Positions 46,033 through 54,708 of a DNA stretch of 64,000 nt are shown piece after piece; position 1 is the stretch's first letter; the number at the start of each line of letters is the position of its first letter. This stretch comes from Candidatus Spechtbacterales bacterium. GTDB lineage: Bacteria > Patescibacteriota > Minisyncoccia > Spechtbacterales > 2-12-FULL-38-22. The notes below the pieces were generated by a model that was not told the DNA's origin, did not search any database, and saw only the letters and a program-made list of their open reading frames with translations. The position numbers were made by a program, and so were the translations under genes. The stretch is from positions 1,122 through 65,121 of the forward strand of contig JBBDKX010000035.1 in the NCBI GenBank assembly GCA_040879145.1, given 5' to 3'.

Positions 46033-47724
46033 TTATTCCCCAATCACCCCTATGTCTTTTAACAGATCCCTCAAACCCTCATTATCCGGGCCTTTTTTAT
46101 TTTTAGAATTTTTCTTTTCAACAGGAGGTTTACTTTCATTTTGAGGTTTTTTTTGTTGTTGTCCATCTCCAGCTTGAGGTTTTTTAGCCGGCGGGCCGTC
46201 GCCACGCTGAATAGGGCTTTGTCCTCGCGAAGGCGGGCGATACGGCTTCTGTTGGGGCGAGTCTGTCTGTGCACTACGCGAAGGCGGGCCGTCGCCACGC
46301 TGAAGCGAGCTTTGGCCTCGCGAAGGCGGGCGGTTTTTATTTAAATTGGGCGCTGGAAACTTCTGCATTGCCTCAGACATGCTTATTGGCTTTTCATTTT
46401 CTTTTTGCTCCTGCGCTTTTTTAGCAGGCACAGTAACCGGCCTCATCTTTGTGCTGACATCCCATTCTTGTATAACCTTCTCCATTTCTTGCCGTGAAGT
46501 TCCGTACTTATCGCGGGAACGCTTTATTATTTCTTCTGTCAATCTCTCCGCATGCCCGGGCTCAAGCGGGGCTATTGTGCGAGCGGCAAACGCGCGGTGT
46601 GTAATTCCGTCTATCATTAGCTTTAAAGCTATATTAAACTTGGGCAAGTTCACCAGATCGTCTACCATAAACTCGGGTGTAAACTCTTTCTCTATATGTT
46701 CTGCATCCTCAGCGCCTACCCGGAATGTAATAAACGTGCCTATATTACCGAATACGGCATCGCGCACTTCTTCATCCATTTGTGCTATATATTGGTGTGC
46801 CAAAATTAAGCAAAGGCGATACTTTCTCGCTTCTGAAAGTATTCCCTCAAAAGCCTCGGAGGCAAAGTTCTGGAACTCATCAACATAAAGAAAGAAGTCA
46901 CGTCTTTGGGCTTCGGGAGTGTCTATCCTGCTCATGGCCGCCAAATAAAGCTTTGTTATCGCCATAGCTCCAAGTAAACGGCTGTTATCCTCTCCGATGC
47001 GTCCCTTTGAAAGGTTCATAATAAATATCTTCCCGTCATCCATTATCTTTCTCATGTCTATGGTAGATACTTTCTGGCCCACAATATTACGAATTAAAGG
47101 AGCTGTTGTAAACTGCCCGATCTTATTTTGTATGGAAGCTGTAGCTTCAGACGCAAGCCGGTCTGAGTATTTCGCAAACTCTTCAAGCCAAAAGGAGCGC
47201 ACAATAGGGTCTTTCACATAGCTTAAAACCTCATTCCTGAAATTCTTATTAGCCATCATACGGTTAACATCCAAAAGTGTCGCGTCGGGATATTCAAGAA
47301 GAGCTAAAATTGTATTATTCAAAATATATTCCATTCTGGCGCTCCACACATCCACCCAAATTTTCTTAAACACACCCATAAGCCCGCTTGCCACAAGGTG
47401 TCTCTGGTTATATCCGACATCTTCAAGAAGATTTAAACCCATCGGAGCATCAGCATCAGCAGGATTGAAATACACAACATCGTCCATTCGTTCGGGTGGC
47501 ACAAAACTCAAAAGGGTCTCAGCAAATTCACCGTGCGGGTCTAAAATACCGAGGCCGTTCCCGTTTATAATATCCTGAATCGCCATATTCTGTATCATGT
47601 TCGTCTTACCCATTCCAGTCTTTCCTATGATGTACATATGGCGGCGGCGGTCATCAGTTTTTATGCCAAACCTGTCGCTGCGCCCCCTGTAATTCAATTG
47701 TCCAAAATAATTTATTTCTTCCAT
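46033..47724 (-). CDS. VirD4/TraD/HerA-like ATPase with disordered repeat-containing C-terminus
   Basis: DRRRHMYIIGKTGMGKT, DPHGE, LYVDEFQNF, SEARKY, AHQY. Confidence 0.88.
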   Translation of the reverse strand: MEEINYFGQLNYRGRSDRFGIKTDDRRRHMYIIGKTGMGKTNMIQNMAIQDIINGNGLGILDPHGEFAETLLSFVPPERMDDVVYFNPADADAPMGLNLLEDVGYNQRHLVASGLMGVFKKIWVDVWSARMEYILNNTILALLEYPDATLLDVNRMMANKNFRNEVLSYVKDPIVRSFWLEEFAKYSDRLASEATASIQNKIGQFTTAPLIRNIVGQKVSTIDMRKIMDDGKIFIMNLSKGRIGEDNSRLLGAMAITKLYLAAMSRIDTPEAQRRDFFLYVDEFQNFASEAFEGILSEARKYRLCLILAHQYIAQMDEEVRDAVFGNIGTFITFRVGAEDAEHIEKEFTPEFMVDDLVNLPKFNIALKLMIDGITHRAFAARTIAPLEPGHAERLTEEIIKRSRDKYGTSRQEMEKVIQEWDVSTKMRPVTVPAKKAQEQKENEKPISMSEAMQKFPAPNLNKNRPPSRGQSSLQRGDGPPSRSAQTDSPQQKPYRPPSRGQSPIQRGDGPPAKKPQAGDGQQQKKPQNESKPPVEKKNSKNKKGPDNEGLRDLLKDIGVIGE

Positions 47725-47732
47725 GATTTTTG

Positions 47733-47895
47733 TTTCGCCTGCCTGCCGGCAGGCAGGGCTCCGCCTCACGAAAAGTATAAAGTATACAGTATTCAGTATA
47801 TAGGAGTGCTTTATAATTAGCTTTGCTTAATACTATATACTAAATACTGTATACTTGAACGAGCGAAAGGTGAGTTCCAAGCTCGCTTTGCGAGC
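47733..47895. mobile_element. Junction element, AGTATAC family copy 3, with cctgcctgccggcaggcagg insert
   Basis: Shared core; ends gctcgctttgcgagc at the upstream stop. Confidence 0.8.
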
Positions 47896-49128
47896 TTATG
47901 TAGGCAATCCACTTGGTGGTTCCGATGTTCTTGAGGGCACTCTCGGCATAAGCGGGGCTCTTACTACCCTTCCAGGGAAATGATACATCGTAGCTATTTC
48001 TTCAGTACTCAAAACGTAGGGACTGGTGGCAAAATCAAGATACCTCCCTTTATAAGCTGCGAGTATATTGCGTTTGCGAATATAATTTCTAAACTTTTTA
48101 AAAAGAATAAGAGAACCTTTTGGAAAAGAACCTGAATGCGGACGAAAGCTATTTAAACCGCTAAACTGTCTAAGGTAGCCGTGCAAACCCGCGAGATGTT
48201 CACCGTGCCAGACATCTTTTCTTGCCACATAAACAGCGCGGAGCATGGTATTAAATTTAATTTTAGAATCTTTTATCTCAATTTTTTCTATATTCATACG
48301 CTCTCCTGGTGTCATTCGTGTCATATCACTTTGTGTTTTTTCAGGTTTTTTTTTCTGCCCGCCTCCACCAAAAGCGTTAAAAATACTTGTAAGCGGGTCT
48401 ACATATTTTGTACCCGAGTCCCTGCCTACCAGTTTATCTATCTCACTCTTTGCCTTGCCCTCAACTTCGCTAAGAACAGGGCTTATGACAACCTGCATCC
48501 ACATATGCTCCCCTTCTTCCATTTTAGAAACAAGTTCCGCGTACTGAGATATCGGGTCCATACGCCTGTCTTCATCCAAATCTTCAAACTCAATATATGT
48601 TCTTATAGGATAAACCCAACTTCTGTTAAGTGTATATTCCGCACCCCATACCTCATAACTCTCTCCGGGCACATCGGCAGGCAAATCCGCGGTATAATCC
48701 GGGACTTCTTCTATCGCGGCGTCAGAATACTGTGAATATACTTTAGATTCAACAAAATTACGCTGCGATCTTTTGCAGCGTATATAAAAATGCAACCTTC
48801 CGGCTGTTCCCACCATCTCAAGACTAAACCGGTCAATTACAACACCCTCTGTCCACTTTTCGCGGCTGGTTAGCGGACTCCAAACTCCGTGCAAGCCCTC
48901 AAGCACATTCTCCATAGCTTTGGGGGTTTTTAGAACATCCGGGGGTAAAGATACCTCGAGCACTATCCAGTCCAGTTTTTTAGAATATTGAGACCTTTTA
49001 TTGCGCAGATACAAAGGATGAACTTTTGAAAACAGGTAAAACGGAACTATGACCCACCAAGTGGCCTTAAATAAGTTCCATAAAATTAAACCTGCAAATT
49101 GTAGTATTTCTACCAGTGTAGAAGGCAC
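47896..49128 (-). CDS. Conserved membrane-anchored hypothetical protein upstream of the VirD4-like ATPase
   Basis: N-terminal TM, TPKAME, FSLEM, YPIRTY, LSTEEIATMYHFP, EPPSGLP. Confidence 0.75.
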   Translation of the reverse strand: MPSTLVEILQFAGLILWNLFKATWWVIVPFYLFSKVHPLYLRNKRSQYSKKLDWIVLEVSLPPDVLKTPKAMENVLEGLHGVWSPLTSREKWTEGVVIDRFSLEMVGTAGRLHFYIRCKRSQRNFVESKVYSQYSDAAIEEVPDYTADLPADVPGESYEVWGAEYTLNRSWVYPIRTYIEFEDLDEDRRMDPISQYAELVSKMEEGEHMWMQVVISPVLSEVEGKAKSEIDKLVGRDSGTKYVDPLTSIFNAFGGGGQKKKPEKTQSDMTRMTPGERMNIEKIEIKDSKIKFNTMLRAVYVARKDVWHGEHLAGLHGYLRQFSGLNSFRPHSGSFPKGSLILFKKFRNYIRKRNILAAYKGRYLDFATSPYVLSTEEIATMYHFPGRVVRAPLMPRVPSRTSEPPSGLPT

Positions 49129-49136
49129 AACAGTAG

Positions 49137-49232
49137 CTCGCTTCGCGAGCAGGTTATAGGTTTTAGATTTCAGGTATCAGACTATCGCTTAATTTTTGAG
49201 TCTAACACCTATTACCTAACACCTATTACCTA
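49137..49232. repeat. Inverted 7-mer junction array with gctcgcttcgcgagc hairpin
   Basis: aggttataggttttag... / acctattacctaacacctattaccta. Confidence 0.75.
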
Positions 49233-49243
49233 TCTTATAAGGG

Positions 49244-50338
49244 TTATGCCAGGTAGTATTTATTGCCTTCGTCTTTCTTAAAGTGAGTTCTGTTCTGTAA
49301 ATTGAGCAAAATTGTATTTTTTTGCACTTTTCTCTGGTCCATTACACGATCCACCAAGACTTCTCTTTCTACCGGCTTTCCCTCTTCTTTTAATATGTTC
49401 ATTATAACATCTTTTACTGTACCAGGCATATAACCCCAGTTCGCAAGTGCGTAGATCCCCCGACCTATTAATACAAATCTTTCATCCTTTATAAGTTCGT
49501 TATGAACAGTTTGAGGATGAGTTTTTTTAGAATTTTTAAACCTAAAAGGAGCGTCGTCTATTCTGTGCGCGAGTTCTCTAAAATGAAGAGGATCTCCATG
49601 TCTGTGTAACACAAGAAATACCTTGTCTCTTACTCCGCGAGGTGTAATCTGGGGCCATTCAGCTAATCCCCACTGATTAAACGGACCAAGCTCTATCTTC
49701 TTAGAAGCACCTAAAAGTATATGTAGATTATCTTCAGTAACAGGCAGGAATTCTCTATTCGCCTCCTCAGCTTTAACCATAAGCTCTTCAGCATCTATGG
49801 GTTCGCCTGTCTTTTCCATGCTTTCAACAATGCCGGTCAAAAGTACTTTAACCTTTTCAGCACTTTCTTTGTTTACAGCCCAACTTGCCTGAAAATCATC
49901 GCTTTCTTTAATCTTTACAAAAGAGTCATTCAAAGCCAAAAGCAATGAGAGATATGGACGATGGGCATCAGAAGCTAAAGTTTCTACAAGAACTTCCTCT
50001 GACACAACACCGCAGTGTTCATTTAAATAATTATTTATCTCGTCAAAAGCGGGGGTAAGAAATTCATACTCAGCAGAATTTCTTATCTTCAAATAAGACG
50101 CCTCCTCTATCTGTCGCACCCTCTCCCTTGTAATATTATAAGCACCCCCGATCTTCTCGAGAGTTTGTCTCTCTCCACCTGTACCAATGCCGTGCCTTCG
50201 CGCGAGTATTGTGCTGTTTCTATCAGACAACACTCCAAGCGTTTTTCCTATAACAGGCTTTACATTGAGCTTTTTTACTTGAGTTGCTTGTGGCATATAA
50301 GTTAGTGGTTTACTTTTTACTTGTGTTTGACTTTTCAT
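49244..50338 (-). CDS. Sigma70 region-4-like HTH plus winged-helix (HARE-HTH/RpoE-like) protein
   Basis: TLEKIGGAYNITRERVRQIE, PLHFREL, TVHNELIKDERFVLIGRGIYAL. Confidence 0.8.
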   Translation of the reverse strand: MKSQTQVKSKPLTYMPQATQVKKLNVKPVIGKTLGVLSDRNSTILARRHGIGTGGERQTLEKIGGAYNITRERVRQIEEASYLKIRNSAEYEFLTPAFDEINNYLNEHCGVVSEEVLVETLASDAHRPYLSLLLALNDSFVKIKESDDFQASWAVNKESAEKVKVLLTGIVESMEKTGEPIDAEELMVKAEEANREFLPVTEDNLHILLGASKKIELGPFNQWGLAEWPQITPRGVRDKVFLVLHRHGDPLHFRELAHRIDDAPFRFKNSKKTHPQTVHNELIKDERFVLIGRGIYALANWGYMPGTVKDVIMNILKEEGKPVEREVLVDRVMDQRKVQKNTILLNLQNRTHFKKDEGNKYYLA

Positions 50339-50423
50339 AATTTAATCATACTTTTAAAATACTGTCAACACCCTTCATGCTTCCTTCCTCTTTCTGGAAG
50401 AACACTTTATGTCTTGCGACGGC

Positions 50424-51332
50424 TTAAGCTTTTCTCAAGCGCTCTGCCCAGCTAACAAGAATAGGGCTTGCTATAAAGATAGAAGAGTACGTTCCTATGG
50501 CAATACCTACAATTAATGTGAAGATGAAATTATGTATTGTTTCTCCCCCAAAAAAGAATACGGCAAAAAGAACAAGTAGTGTTGTTAAAGATGTGTTCAA
50601 AGATCTGACAACACTCTCTTTAACACTTGCCGAAACAAGTTCGTTAAAGTCTTTTTGGTTGCCAAAACGAAGTATATTCTCTCTCACCCTGTCAAACACA
50701 ACAATAGTGTCGTTTACAGAGTAACCCACTATGGTAAGCAGGGCCGCAATAAAAGGAACACCCACCTCTGTACCTTTAAAATGGGTAAATATTGCAAAAA
50801 ATCCAACCGTTATAATAACGTCGTGAAACAACGTAATTAAAGCGATGACACCATATCGCACGGAACCCAAAGGGTACGATATTCTGCGGAATGCCCACGC
50901 GACATAAACAACAATCATAGCAAGCACAAGCCCCATGGCCCAAGCGGATTTGCTTATTGTTTCACGGCCTATCACAGGCCCCACGCTTTGAAACTGTTTC
51001 TCTTCTACTTCAGCTTCACTTGCCTCGGTTATTTTAGCTAAAATCTCCTGGTGTGTTTCCTCATCAACATCGCGAAAACGCAAAATAAGAGAGTCGTCTC
51101 CTCCCTGTTGAATACTAATGCTTCCCAAATCAATATCACTCAAAGCGCTTGTCACATCCTCACGCGAAAGTATTGTTATATTGCCATCCTCATCCGGTAA
51201 AAAACCGACCTCCATCAAAGAGCCGCCTTTGAAATCTATACCTAAAGGCAACTTAAATACCGCGACTCCTATAATACTCACAGTTATAAGTACAGTAGAT
51301 AATATATAAAATATTTTTCTCTTTTCTATCAT
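50424..51332 (-). CDS. secF: Protein translocase subunit SecF
   Basis: GIDFKGG, VGPVIG, HDV, GYSVNDTIVVFDRVRE, GTYSSIFIA. Confidence 0.97.
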   Translation of the reverse strand: MIEKRKIFYILSTVLITVSIIGVAVFKLPLGIDFKGGSLMEVGFLPDEDGNITILSREDVTSALSDIDLGSISIQQGGDDSLILRFRDVDEETHQEILAKITEASEAEVEEKQFQSVGPVIGRETISKSAWAMGLVLAMIVVYVAWAFRRISYPLGSVRYGVIALITLFHDVIITVGFFAIFTHFKGTEVGVPFIAALLTIVGYSVNDTIVVFDRVRENILRFGNQKDFNELVSASVKESVVRSLNTSLTTLLVLFAVFFFGGETIHNFIFTLIVGIAIGTYSSIFIASPILVSWAERLRKA

Positions 51333-51341
51333 AATTAATAG

Positions 51342-52883
51342 TTAACGCGACCAGATAAATTTAATGGTTTCAAGTTTGCCTGTTAAAAACAACTTCATAA
51401 GATACTTTGTTACAACCATCGCGGAGAACATGCTAACAACAATACCCAGCCCCAGCGTTAAAGCGAACCCCTGCACGAAACTTGTTGAAAACCAAAACAG
51501 TATTACAGCAGTGAGCAGGGTTGATATGTTTCCGTCTCTTATTGAAGGCCACGCTCTTTCAAACGCCTTATCTACAGCATAAGACACATTTTCAACATCT
51601 CTTAACTCTTCCCGCAAACGCTCAAAAATAAGCACATTGGCATCTACGGCCATTCCAATAGACAGTATAAGACCTGCTATTCCGGCAAGTGTGAGTGTAA
51701 TAGGTATTGTCTTTATAAGCGCCAGGATAAACGCTATGTACATCAAAAGAGAGACAGCCGCTAAAAGACCGCTAAAACGATACATAATAACTATAAACGC
51801 GAGAACTGCCAAAACAGCTATGGCTCCCGCACGCAGGCTTGCCGCAAGCGACTCTTCACCGAGCGCGGCGCCTATTCTCTGTTGGGCTATAATGCTTATC
51901 GGAACAGGAAGCGCTCCCGCGTTTAGGTTTCGTACGAGCTCTCTTGCCTCATCTACAGTAAAGTTTCCGGTTATAACAGCTTGTCCGCCCGCTATTGCCT
52001 GGTTTACTGTAGGAATAGAAACAGGTGTTCCATCAAGATATATAGCAACTACAGAACCGATATTTCTCTTTGTTATTTCCTCAAACAACTCCGAACCCTC
52101 TTCATTAAACTGCAACCCTATTTGTAGCTCTCCGGTCTGCGGATGTGTCGTCACACTAGCCCTTTCTAAAAATTGTCCCGTGAGACTTGTACTTCTAAAA
52201 CACGGGTCTTCTCCGAGTATCTGGGTAAATGTCGCTATTCCCTGAGTATTGGCGCCGCTACAAATACTTGCAATCTGTTGGTCGCTAATCTCTCCTTGTT
52301 CTTCCACAAATCCGGATAAAACCTGAGACAGCGCCTGTTTTTGTTCTTCAAAAGGTCTTACCTCTTTGAACTCCAAAAACGGAGTCTGTCCTATTTGTTC
52401 TATGGCCTTATCCGGGTCGCTTATTCCCGCAAGTTCAACTATAAGGCGTGATGAATCATCACCCTGCTCTATTTGCACCACAGGTTCTGAAACCCCAAGG
52501 AAGTTAACTCGTCTTTCTATCGCGTCGCGTAAAGATTCCATAGCATCCTTCTGGTCGCTTTCTCTTATGCCGGAGAGATTGGCTTCATATACCAGGTGGA
52601 TGCCACCCTGCAAATCAAGACCTAAAGAGTAAGGACTTTCAGAGAATTTAGGAACGCGTGCAAAATTATCAATGGCGCGTAAAACTCCCCACTTGTCATA
52701 CTGTCCCACGTACCGGTTTGCATCTACAGCTTCCAGTTTAGGGTTTGACCAATCCGCAAACTGGTTCCAGTATTTAGGGTAATCTAAATTAGCCGCAAAA
52801 AATGCGGCAATCAAAATTAGAAATACAAATATCCAAGTTTGTCCTCTCTTTGTTGGTTTACGAAAAAGTCGCTTCAAAAACAT
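51342..52883 (-). CDS. secD: Protein translocase subunit SecD
   Basis: LGLDLQGG, LGVSEP, AGALP, GMAVDANVLIFERLREE. Confidence 0.97.
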   Translation of the reverse strand: MFLKRLFRKPTKRGQTWIFVFLILIAAFFAANLDYPKYWNQFADWSNPKLEAVDANRYVGQYDKWGVLRAIDNFARVPKFSESPYSLGLDLQGGIHLVYEANLSGIRESDQKDAMESLRDAIERRVNFLGVSEPVVQIEQGDDSSRLIVELAGISDPDKAIEQIGQTPFLEFKEVRPFEEQKQALSQVLSGFVEEQGEISDQQIASICSGANTQGIATFTQILGEDPCFRSTSLTGQFLERASVTTHPQTGELQIGLQFNEEGSELFEEITKRNIGSVVAIYLDGTPVSIPTVNQAIAGGQAVITGNFTVDEARELVRNLNAGALPVPISIIAQQRIGAALGEESLAASLRAGAIAVLAVLAFIVIMYRFSGLLAAVSLLMYIAFILALIKTIPITLTLAGIAGLILSIGMAVDANVLIFERLREELRDVENVSYAVDKAFERAWPSIRDGNISTLLTAVILFWFSTSFVQGFALTLGLGIVVSMFSAMVVTKYLMKLFLTGKLETIKFIWSR

Positions 52884-52937
52884 ACCTTGAATATGATAAT
52901 TAAGTTTACAAAGAAAATCAAGGGGGTTCATCCCCAA

Positions 52938-53022
52938 GCCGGTTCATTTTAGCCGGTCGGACTCTTTCTTCCGACCCCTTTACTTCCAACCTTACTATAA
53001 GTCCTATTCTTCAAAAACAAAA
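52938..53022 (+). repeat. ~85-bp direct repeat, copy 1 (copy 2 at 53721-53822), flanking the tmRNA unit
   Basis: gccggttcatt.tagccggtcggact.tttcttccgacccctttacttccaa...ctata.gtcctattcttca.aaacaaa. Confidence 0.85.
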
Positions 53023-53285
53023 AGCACCACATTTAAGTGGTGCGAAGAACATTAGGTGGCTGCACTCTCCCGTTACTCAAGCGGAAGAGTGCAGCATTTC
53101 CAACGCCGACAGCTTCGCTGTCGGGCATCCTCGATTGCTTTGCAATCGGGACAAGTGCCGAGGTCGGAAAAATTAGGCCGCGCGCCCCCGGAGAAAGGGT
53201 GAAGAGCCCAGAAGGGGCGCGCGACCTATAGGGCGAGTGCGACTCAGTGTCCGCCATCACAGTGAGAGCAGAACGGCACAGGCCC
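53019..53285 (-). ncRNA. Candidate structured RNA directly downstream of tmRNA, ending in a terminator
   Basis: GC-rich, five or more hairpins, no convincing ORF, terminator gcaccac-ttaaat-gtggtgc-tttt. Confidence 0.4.
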
Positions 53286-53643
53286 TGGTGGAGGTGCCGG
53301 GAATTGAACCCGGGTCCGGCGTAATATTCATAAGCGTTTTAGTTTACGTGCGTTGACTCCGTAAAATTTCGGAAGGGTTATACAGAGACAGATTCACCTT
53401 TCCTATCCGTTGTTCAGTGTCCCTTGCAAAGCACTTCGGAAAAAGCTTTGCTTCGGCAAGCACTCTGGTTCTTCTTAGCTTAGAATGCGTGGGCTAAGAA
53501 GCTGGTTGCTCTTTCAGGCGGCAGCCAGGAGGCCTCTGCTATTTGTGGCAGTTATATGTTTCCAGCGACGGTTTACGAGCACACGCTGGTTTCTCGGCAC
53601 GAGTTCTTAGTTTCAACGACACCGTCGAGACCAATTCACCCCC
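53286..53643 (-). ncRNA. ssrA: tmRNA; tag (A)ATNSRGLLAAA at 53514-53549
   Basis: GGGGGTG...CACCTCC-ACCA with G3-U pair, TCGAC 5' motif, GGGTTCAATTCCC T-arm, ATAACT-GCC resume context. Confidence 0.96.
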
Positions 53644-53935
53644 ATGAGTTTAAAGGTACAATTTGTGTGGACCGGTTTTTGACAGAAACCAGTCCGGAAA
53701 AACTGCGGCAAGTATCAGTTGCCGGTTCATTATAGCCGGTCGGACTATTTCTTCCGACCCCTTTACTTCCAATCATCCTATAGGTCCTATTCGTCCTATA
53801 GGTCCTATTCTTCAGAAACAAAGGGGTTGTGGAGACACTTAAGGCGGTCTCCATTTGCCTTTCTTTGCTTTCTTCCTATATGGCAAAGAACTACACGTTT
53901 TTAGGGCGGTCTCTTCCGTGCGCCGCCAGGCCGCT

Positions 53936-54238
53936 TCAGACGGGTTGCAGTTGGTCCGGGTCAACAATGACAAGTCTCGTAGACTTGCCCTGCTTCCGGT
54001 CCAACTCCACCGTGTAGTTCGGGAAGTCCAGAATCTCTGTTCCGTTCTTTTCCGTCACGGTGGTGATACCGGCAACTGCCGGACAGCGGTGTTCGTCGGG
54101 AACTCCGACGACCACACCCTGAAGGGTGCCCCGGCGAGTGCTAACCACCCGGCGATGTAAGCTCTCATTGAGAGTAAGCACCTCAACCGGAAGGATAACG
54201 AACACGCGCGTTCCCACCTGAAGTCTATTTTCGGCCAT
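53936..54238 (-). CDS. 100-aa hypothetical protein, possible SH3/KOW-like beta-barrel
   Basis: SD TAAGGAGGTGA, GC-rich codon use, LQVGTRV...GVVVG...YTVELD...VDPDQLQPV. Confidence 0.75.
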   Translation of the reverse strand: MAENRLQVGTRVFVILPVEVLTLNESLHRRVVSTRRGTLQGVVVGVPDEHRCPAVAGITTVTEKNGTEILDFPNYTVELDRKQGKSTRLVIVDPDQLQPV

Positions 54239-54612
54239 TTCACCTCCTTAAGGTGTTGTGAAAGGTTCAAGGGAAGAGGTTTCGGAATAACTGCCGCGTT
54301 CGCTTTGTTATCCTACTTCCTCTCCCCCGCATTTAAACCCAGTCAAGTAATTCTGCCGCGGCCTGAGTGCTGGGTCACCCTCAAGCTGCAGAGCCGGTCA
54401 AAATTCGGACACCACTACCACCGACAGGCAATGTGGTTCCTACTCTGCTTCCTCAGAAGCATTCAGATAAACACAGTTCCTGTATTCATCTAAATACCGC
54501 CGATTATTAAAGATTGAGTGCCGCCGGCGCTCAATTCCAGTAAGCAGCAGACTACTGGAAGAGCGCCGGCGGAACCTGTAAGGATGTTAAACACCCCAAA
54601 CCTTAAGAACGA
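54239..54612 (-). ncRNA. Candidate ~370-nt structured leader/ncRNA
   Basis: Lies between a consensus promoter and the 100-aa gene; long stems 54521-54572 and 54271-54326. Confidence 0.5.
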
Positions 54613-54617
54613 ACTAC

Positions 54618-54646
54618 ATTATAGCATTTATGTATAAAAAAGTCAA
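54618..54646 (-). promoter_or_regulatory. Sigma70 promoter with extended -10
   Basis: TTGACT, 17 nt, (TGC)TATAAT. Confidence 0.8.
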
Positions 54647-54708
54647 CACCCACGACACTATATAGAATGAATTCCTCATTAATTTTCAAATATGCTATAG
54701 TAGAACAT

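Noticed and set aside
46033-47724. Conjugative element from the VirD4-like ATPase
   Set aside because: No relaxase, VirB4/VirB genes, oriT or integrase; the context is housekeeping.
4016-52245. Long antisense ORFs such as 4016..4849, 14793..15290, 30869..31414, 46346..46888, 48181..48735 and 51637..52245
   Set aside because: They shadow well-conserved genes on the opposite strand and have no recognisable motifs.
52938-54612. RNase P RNA or SRP RNA call for the structured regions near ssrA
   Set aside because: The paired GAGGAAAGUCC...ACAGAA.CCGGCUUA P4 signature and the SRP domain IV motif were not found; left as unassigned candidates.
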